64,000 nt of DNA from a virus. Position 1 is the first letter of the stretch. Each line of letters opens with the position of its first letter. Below, one piece after another: positions 59,101 through 64,000 of this stretch. The position numbers and the translations under genes are program-made. Location of the stretch: positions 1 to 64,000 of IMG/VR virus record IMGVR_UViG_3300020156_000023; one strand, written 5' to 3'. The notes under the pieces are model-generated. The model saw only the letters and a program-made list of their open reading frames with translations. It ran no database searches and was not told where the DNA came from.

Positions 59101-60330
59101 TTAAGCTATACCATCTGTAGCAACAGTCTTGTCCTCTGTTGGTTCTGATACAGTAGGGTCCACATTTGCAGCAGCAGCATCATCTGTCAGTGCATCAAAC
59201 CCTAAAGGTGTTGCAATAGCATCTAAGATACCTATTACTGCAGCCCTTGTTACCGTGTCAGTAGCAGGGATAGCTATTATACTAGCCTCGTTGTTTTCAT
59301 ATTCAAGCCATGCTCCTATAGACTTTTGGTCATATGCAAGAGCAATTTGGTCATACTTAACTGTAGGGATAGCATTAAAGTGTCTGTCATAAGCTACACC
59401 ATTTAGTGTAGATAGCCTATAAGGACTGTCTTTCCATCCTAAAGCAAAGTATTCTTTTTGCTTAATATCATTTCCATTACCTTCTTCATAGGCAACCTCC
59501 TGAACTGTTATAACTTCTCCATTACACTTGAAGCCTGCAATCTTAGTTGCAATAACTACAGTTTCTCTTGGATAGAAGTAATTCAGGTTTACTGAACCAG
59601 TGAAAGCTCTAAGCTTCTGTGGTTGAGTTTCAAGTTGTAAGTCAGTGTAAAGATAATCAGCTGTGTCAGTCTGAGTTGCGTTATAAGCCATTATAGCATC
59701 TAAGTCAGCATCAGATACTGTATCTCCTGTATCTAAGTCACCAGATAATCCTGTTACTGTAGCAGCCAGGATAGGCTGTCTTGCTATAGCTCTTGCTACA
59801 ACTAATCCATCAGAGTCATTGTTAATCTCTAATTTAAGAAGTTTAGTTATCTCATTAGCATCACCTGATGGGCATGTAGGTGTACATCCCTCACAGCATG
59901 AAGTTTTAATAGCGTAAGTCTTCCAGAATTGATTATAACCTTGAGTCCTGTAGATTTCCTGGTTCCTAAGTTCAAGTTTAACTCCATATACAGTTTCACA
60001 ATCTGCAGTATAATTTGCAATGTTAACTATCATATTTTGTCCTGGAGTATGTGGTCTGTAGGTATAGTAAGCTATACCTTTCTTTTGGATATGGCTACCT
60101 GCTGATTTTTGTATTTCATCAGTAATAGTATCTCCATCAGCATCCACTCCAACAGCTACATAGAAGTTTCTCTTAGTACCAGCAGTAGCAGCTACGAAAG
60201 AAAGGTTAGTTTCATAGTCAAAGAAACCTATCTGACCTGGAGCTAAAGCTGTAACTTTACCACCTGCTGGAAGCACTGCCTGATTCCCACTTGTTACCAA
60301 TACTTGAAACACGTCATTGTTTCTACTCAT
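59101..60330 (-). CDS. Auxiliary capsid / abundant structural protein
   Basis: 409 aa, Ala/Thr-rich; conserved crAss-like position three genes after MCP; followed by a terminator. Confidence 0.6.
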   Translation of the reverse strand: MSRNNDVFQVLVTSGNQAVLPAGGKVTALAPGQIGFFDYETNLSFVAATAGTKRNFYVAVGVDADGDTITDEIQKSAGSHIQKKGIAYYTYRPHTPGQNMIVNIANYTADCETVYGVKLELRNQEIYRTQGYNQFWKTYAIKTSCCEGCTPTCPSGDANEITKLLKLEINNDSDGLVVARAIARQPILAATVTGLSGDLDTGDTVSDADLDAIMAYNATQTDTADYLYTDLQLETQPQKLRAFTGSVNLNYFYPRETVVIATKIAGFKCNGEVITVQEVAYEEGNGNDIKQKEYFALGWKDSPYRLSTLNGVAYDRHFNAIPTVKYDQIALAYDQKSIGAWLEYENNEASIIAIPATDTVTRAAVIGILDAIATPLGFDALTDDAAAANVDPTVSEPTEDKTVATDGIA

Positions 60331-60341
60331 AATTTTTAATT

Positions 60342-61061
60342 TTAATTAAATTGATTTAAATTCAGTTTTGCTTGTTTAATCTGGTAATCTGGAATTTGCA
60401 AATCACCAGTAGTTATAAGAACAGCTATATCTACAATTTCTCTATGCGTGTGTTCTGGAAGTTCGCAATCCTGACTACCTGTTAATACTACACCATCTGG
60501 TAAAGTATATGAACCTGTAGGAAGAAAGTCTTGAGCATTGTGCATATAAGCATGTTTCCTAATATAATTTAAAGTTAGCTCAGTTACAGCAAATGTACCA
60601 TCAGTAAAAATCTTGATTCCTTTATCATAGAACCTGATATTAACCTCTCTCCATTCAAAAGAAGACTTTGTAAAAGAGTCTTCCTCATGTTCATCATCAT
60701 GTTGATAAGTATAGCATCTTGCTATTCTATCTCCACAACCTTCTTTAGACATCTTAACTTTTGCTGATAGATAGAACATATAGTTCTCTGGTAAGCTTAT
60801 GTAATACTCCGTGTCATTAATTTGAGCTGGAGTAAGTACAACATCATCTACTACTATAGTTCTTAAATCATCTATACTTCTTTGATTTATCTCGAAACCT
60901 AAATGATTATTAACTCTGGGCTCTGCTATAGACTTAACAAAAATCTCATAAGCCTCATTGATTTTCCAATCTATTTCAGGAACTCTTAGATTCCTGTATT
61001 GTTGAGAATCAATCTTGTTGAGTTTCTGCTTTAGGTCATAGTGCATTCCCCTTATATTCAT
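60342..61061 (-). CDS. Ring / head-tail connector protein
   Basis: NKIDS...EIDW.INEA, GFE.NQR..DDLR and ELPEHTHREIVDIAV motifs. Confidence 0.65.
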   Translation of the reverse strand: MNIRGMHYDLKQKLNKIDSQQYRNLRVPEIDWKINEAYEIFVKSIAEPRVNNHLGFEINQRSIDDLRTIVVDDVVLTPAQINDTEYYISLPENYMFYLSAKVKMSKEGCGDRIARCYTYQHDDEHEEDSFTKSSFEWREVNIRFYDKGIKIFTDGTFAVTELTLNYIRKHAYMHNAQDFLPTGSYTLPDGVVLTGSQDCELPEHTHREIVDIAVLITTGDLQIPDYQIKQAKLNLNQFN

Positions 61062-61067
61062 AATCTA

Positions 61068-61859
61068 TTAGTTTATTTTTTCTAATATTTGAGCCTTCAT
61101 ACTCTGATTCTTAGGGTCTGAGAAATAATCTACAGCACTTTCTATATCATAACCTAACTGGTCATCCATGTAGTATATTGCAGTTCCATCTTTTCTTAGT
61201 ACACCTTTATGTATTCCTTCAAGTACCATTGCATGTACAGCAGTTCTACCTTTATCTCTATTCATTAAGTTAAGTACTTTCTCAGCACCATGCTTATCAA
61301 TAGCTTCATCTAACTTAAGGTCTACATAGTCCTCAGATTGATTTCTTACAGAAATACCTTCAAGAATCTGAACAAGTTCAGCTTTTCTTGCTTTTGTAAG
61401 TTTGGTAGATTCTATAACTACCTTCCTCTTCATAGCTGCTTTTGAAGCTTTGATTTCTACCTCTTCCTGTTCATCAAATATTACGAACAGAGCTTCAGGA
61501 TACTTTCCTTCTTCATACTCTTTCATAGAGTTAGCTACAAGGTCATTAGCTTTAAGCATTTTAACCTTAATTTCATTAACTGGTATTGAAGTGTCAAAGA
61601 TATTATTACCATGATTCAACTTCACTCTTCCTTCACCTAAGTGATAGAATGGATGTGGTTTTCCTTTTGTATAATCAGGACTTAGGTCATATCCATGAGC
61701 CTCTAATCTTACCCTGTCTTCATCAGACAATCCAGTTGCTAATTTACCTGTTCTTAAACTTACAGGTGCTTCAATTGTAACAGGTCTCGCAAATGCTTCT
61801 TTACCTGTTTTCTTGTGCCATCTTACTTTTTCAATGGGTCTTACTTCTACTATTGCCAT
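61068..61859 (-). CDS. Conserved crAss-like protein downstream of MCP
   Basis: Position directly after MCP; 263 aa. Confidence 0.6.
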   Translation of the reverse strand: MAIVEVRPIEKVRWHKKTGKEAFARPVTIEAPVSLRTGKLATGLSDEDRVRLEAHGYDLSPDYTKGKPHPFYHLGEGRVKLNHGNNIFDTSIPVNEIKVKMLKANDLVANSMKEYEEGKYPEALFVIFDEQEEVEIKASKAAMKRKVVIESTKLTKARKAELVQILEGISVRNQSEDYVDLKLDEAIDKHGAEKVLNLMNRDKGRTAVHAMVLEGIHKGVLRKDGTAIYYMDDQLGYDIESAVDYFSDPKNQSMKAQILEKIN

Positions 61860-61898
61860 CTTCTTTTTGTTTTAGTTAAACATTATATTTCAATGTGG

Positions 61899-61906
61899 CA
61901 AAGATA
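61899..61906 (-). promoter_or_regulatory. Bacteroidota sigma70 -7 box
   Basis: TTTTTTA-TATCTTTG-CC on the - strand, intergenic, 39 nt upstream of ATG 61859. Confidence 0.65.
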
Positions 61907-61964
61907 TAAAAAATTTTTAAATCTCCACCACATCTACTCTATAAGTTATAGAAAAATATTAGTC

Positions 61965-63431
61965 TTACAGACCAACATTTCTTTTTAATATAAGTTCACC
62001 ACATTTAGTGATATCCTCAATATGTACCCCAGTAATCTTAGATACGTGCATTGAGTAGTATTCACCTGCGTGAGACATTAAACCACCTTTAGATGGTCCA
62101 TAAGGATTGATAAGTCCAGCTACATAACCAAACTTGTATCCATTTCTCTTAGTAACTAACTGTACGTTAGAATTACCATTCTCTCCTGAGAAGTCAAGGA
62201 AGGTAAACCTCATTGATTCTACAGGATATCCTGTTATAGGGTCAATCTCAAAGTTAATGCTTCTGTCATCATATAATGGATTGTGAACTACTTCAAGTTC
62301 TGCACCATTATGCATGATATACTTGGTAAATTGATAACCAATTGCATAAGCATTAGAGTTGTAAGGAGATTTGTCAGGTTTAATTGGAGAGAAGTTAGAG
62401 TTAGCAATGAACCAACCTCTTTTCTCCATAAGGTCCTGCATAGCTCTGTTGAACAGAAGCATACCATATTCTCCAGTGAACACTTTAATTTTTCTACCTG
62501 CACCTGGCTTAACTCTTGAATAGAATATATCTAATAAGAACTCTTCAATAAGAGTTGCTGTAAGCTCAGAGTAGTAGTGTAAGTGAGAATCCTCAAGTTT
62601 CTCTTGTATACCTGAGAAGGTATCTACTGGTCTTGCAGTTGCATTTTCAATAGACCTTGCTCTTCTGTTATACCAATAAGCTCTTTCAAGCTCTCTGTAC
62701 CATTGTCTCCAGTATTCTACTTCAGCATAAGGTATCCATGTATCATGACTTGCACCTTTTGAATCTTGTAGTTTAACAGCTAATACCTCTTCAGCAGCAT
62801 AATCAGTTACCTGATATTTCTTTCTGAATTTACCCATTGAATCTTCAAGGGTTAAAGGAGCTGCGTACTGAGTTGAACCATCTTGGTTATCTGCCTCACC
62901 ATAAGTAGAGTAAAGCTTAGCCCATTGTTGACCTGGTTGTAAGTAAGCAGGTGGTACGAATGCTTGGAAATCATCTGATACAAGCCTTACTGTGTACACC
63001 CAACCATTACCATGTCTTTGAACCTCATCCATAACCCTACACTGATACTTCTGTCCAGAAGTACCTGGAGTAATTACATCCCCTGGTACATACCAATTCT
63101 CATCAAGTTTAACCTTGAAAGTAGTTCTTCCTTGTCCTGGAGTAGTATTAGTACTTGGCTCAACATTCTCAATAACTACAAGAGGCCTTGTGTCTGCACC
63201 TTTCATAGACCATTCCCATGCCATAGTACCTATTGTTCTCTCAGCACCTGTAGCCCAAGATATAGATGATAGCGGGTTGTCTGAGTAATAGTTCTGAGCA
63301 GAGAATAGTTGATTCATCTTGTCCTCAAACACTGTAGGCTTAGCATTAAGCATAGCTCCCAAGTGATTAAGTTCAGTCATGTTAGCATGCCAAGGCATTT
63401 GTTTTGTTTTTAACTTTCCTAATGTTGCCAT
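61965..63431 (-). CDS. Major capsid protein (crAss-like HK97 fold)
   Basis: 488 aa; motifs typical of crAss MCPs (WEW, GIQEKLE, FTGEYG, YQFTKY..HNG..L.V.HNPLYD, GYPVES); gene order. Confidence 0.85.
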   Translation of the reverse strand: MATLGKLKTKQMPWHANMTELNHLGAMLNAKPTVFEDKMNQLFSAQNYYSDNPLSSISWATGAERTIGTMAWEWSMKGADTRPLVVIENVEPSTNTTPGQGRTTFKVKLDENWYVPGDVITPGTSGQKYQCRVMDEVQRHGNGWVYTVRLVSDDFQAFVPPAYLQPGQQWAKLYSTYGEADNQDGSTQYAAPLTLEDSMGKFRKKYQVTDYAAEEVLAVKLQDSKGASHDTWIPYAEVEYWRQWYRELERAYWYNRRARSIENATARPVDTFSGIQEKLEDSHLHYYSELTATLIEEFLLDIFYSRVKPGAGRKIKVFTGEYGMLLFNRAMQDLMEKRGWFIANSNFSPIKPDKSPYNSNAYAIGYQFTKYIMHNGAELEVVHNPLYDDRSINFEIDPITGYPVESMRFTFLDFSGENGNSNVQLVTKRNGYKFGYVAGLINPYGPSKGGLMSHAGEYYSMHVSKITGVHIEDITKCGELILKRNVGL

Positions 63432-63456
63432 AATTTTTTAAAAAATGTTTGTTTTA

Positions 63457-63999
63457 TTAATTGAACAAATCAGCTACACTTACACCTTGTGATGAACTTC
63501 CAGAACCACTTGGTCTTAAGTTTTTTCGCTGTTCTAAATTTGTTTTTACTTGTCTTGTTTGTTTTGTTTTAGTTACTTTTTCTAATCCTGTGAAGTCAAA
63601 ATCACTTTCAATAAGCTTAGCTAATAGTATCATTCTCTCTGAGTCCTGGAATGTTTCAGCAAGTTTCTTCTGGAAACCTGTTATAACTTTATCTTCACCT
63701 ATCTTCTGGTCTTTCTTAGTTAGGAAGTTAAATAACTTAGTTTTATCCTGGTCTGTTATCTTAAATCCTTTTACTTCATCAATCTCATCAAGAGTCTCTT
63801 TTACAGTTTCTTTGAACTCATTCTCTTGTTCCTTAGCTGCTCTTTTAGCTGCCTCTTGTTGTTTTAGAATGGCTTCTTTTTGTTTATTAACCTGCTCTTT
63901 TACTTTAGTATCGTACTTTTCAGCAAATTTCTTTTTCTTACCTGATTCAGTAAGATATTCTATCCTGTCTTCAATTTCATCTTTATCCCAACCTTCCTG
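63457..63999 (-). CDS. 5'-truncated scaffold-like protein upstream of MCP (not in ORF track)
   Basis: Open - strand frame from the window edge (QEGWDKDEIEDRIEYL...SQGVSVADLFN*); charged coiled coil; canonical position before MCP. Confidence 0.75.
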   Translation of the reverse strand, partial: QEGWDKDEIEDRIEYLTESGKKKKFAEKYDTKVKEQVNKQKEAILKQQEAAKRAAKEQENEFKETVKETLDEIDEVKGFKITDQDKTKLFNFLTKKDQKIGEDKVITGFQKKLAETFQDSERMILLAKLIESDFDFTGLEKVTKTKQTRQVKTNLEQRKNLRPSGSGSSSQGVSVADLFN

Positions 64000-64000
64000 A

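Noticed and set aside
22122-63431. Numerous 60-125 aa + strand ORFs within the structural arm (and - strand ORFs within 286-21729)
   Set aside because: They lie fully antisense to long genes, with Ser/Leu/Ile-rich shadow composition and no independent signals.
63461-64000. 179-aa + strand ORF in the track
   Set aside because: Antisense shadow of the real - strand scaffold-like gene (63457 to beyond the window edge).
1-64000. Stop-codon reassignment (TAG or TGA), known in some crAss-like phages
   Set aside because: Genes up to 12 kb are uninterrupted in the standard code, coding density is near complete, and TAG and TGA both serve as stops at gene junctions.
1-64000. tRNA or other structured RNA genes
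   Set aside because: Intergenic gaps are short and AT-rich and no cloverleaf was recognised; a tRNAscan/Infernal run would be needed to exclude them formally.

Overview
A 64 kb segment of a crAss-like (Crassvirales-type) podophage genome, AT-rich, most likely infecting a Bacteroidota host (TAnnTTTG promoter boxes, AT-rich translation starts). The + strand arm (1-22080) is the replication and nucleotide-metabolism module: primase, uracil-DNA glycosylase, resolvase, exonucleases, class II ribonucleotide reductase, dUTPase, a PRPP-synthetase-like plus NAMPT-like pair resembling the NARP1 NAD-rebuilding anti-defence pathway, and many small accessory genes. The - strand arm (22122-64000) is the virion module in canonical crAss-like order: scaffold, major capsid, ring/auxiliary capsid proteins, fibre, IHF-like protein, muzzle/stabilisation protein, cargo proteins and a 4052-aa virion RNA polymerase (DYDID motif). 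The arms converge on a bidirectional terminator at about 22.1 kb. The standout observation is an apparently complete phage-encoded ubiquitin-like conjugation cassette at 2557-6090 (possibly 2178-6800): a Ubl precursor, an E2-like protein, a JAMM/JAB peptidase and an E1/ThiF enzyme, with putative catalytic residues intact and an internal terminator after the Ubl. All calls come from motif recognition and gene order by eye; no searches were run.
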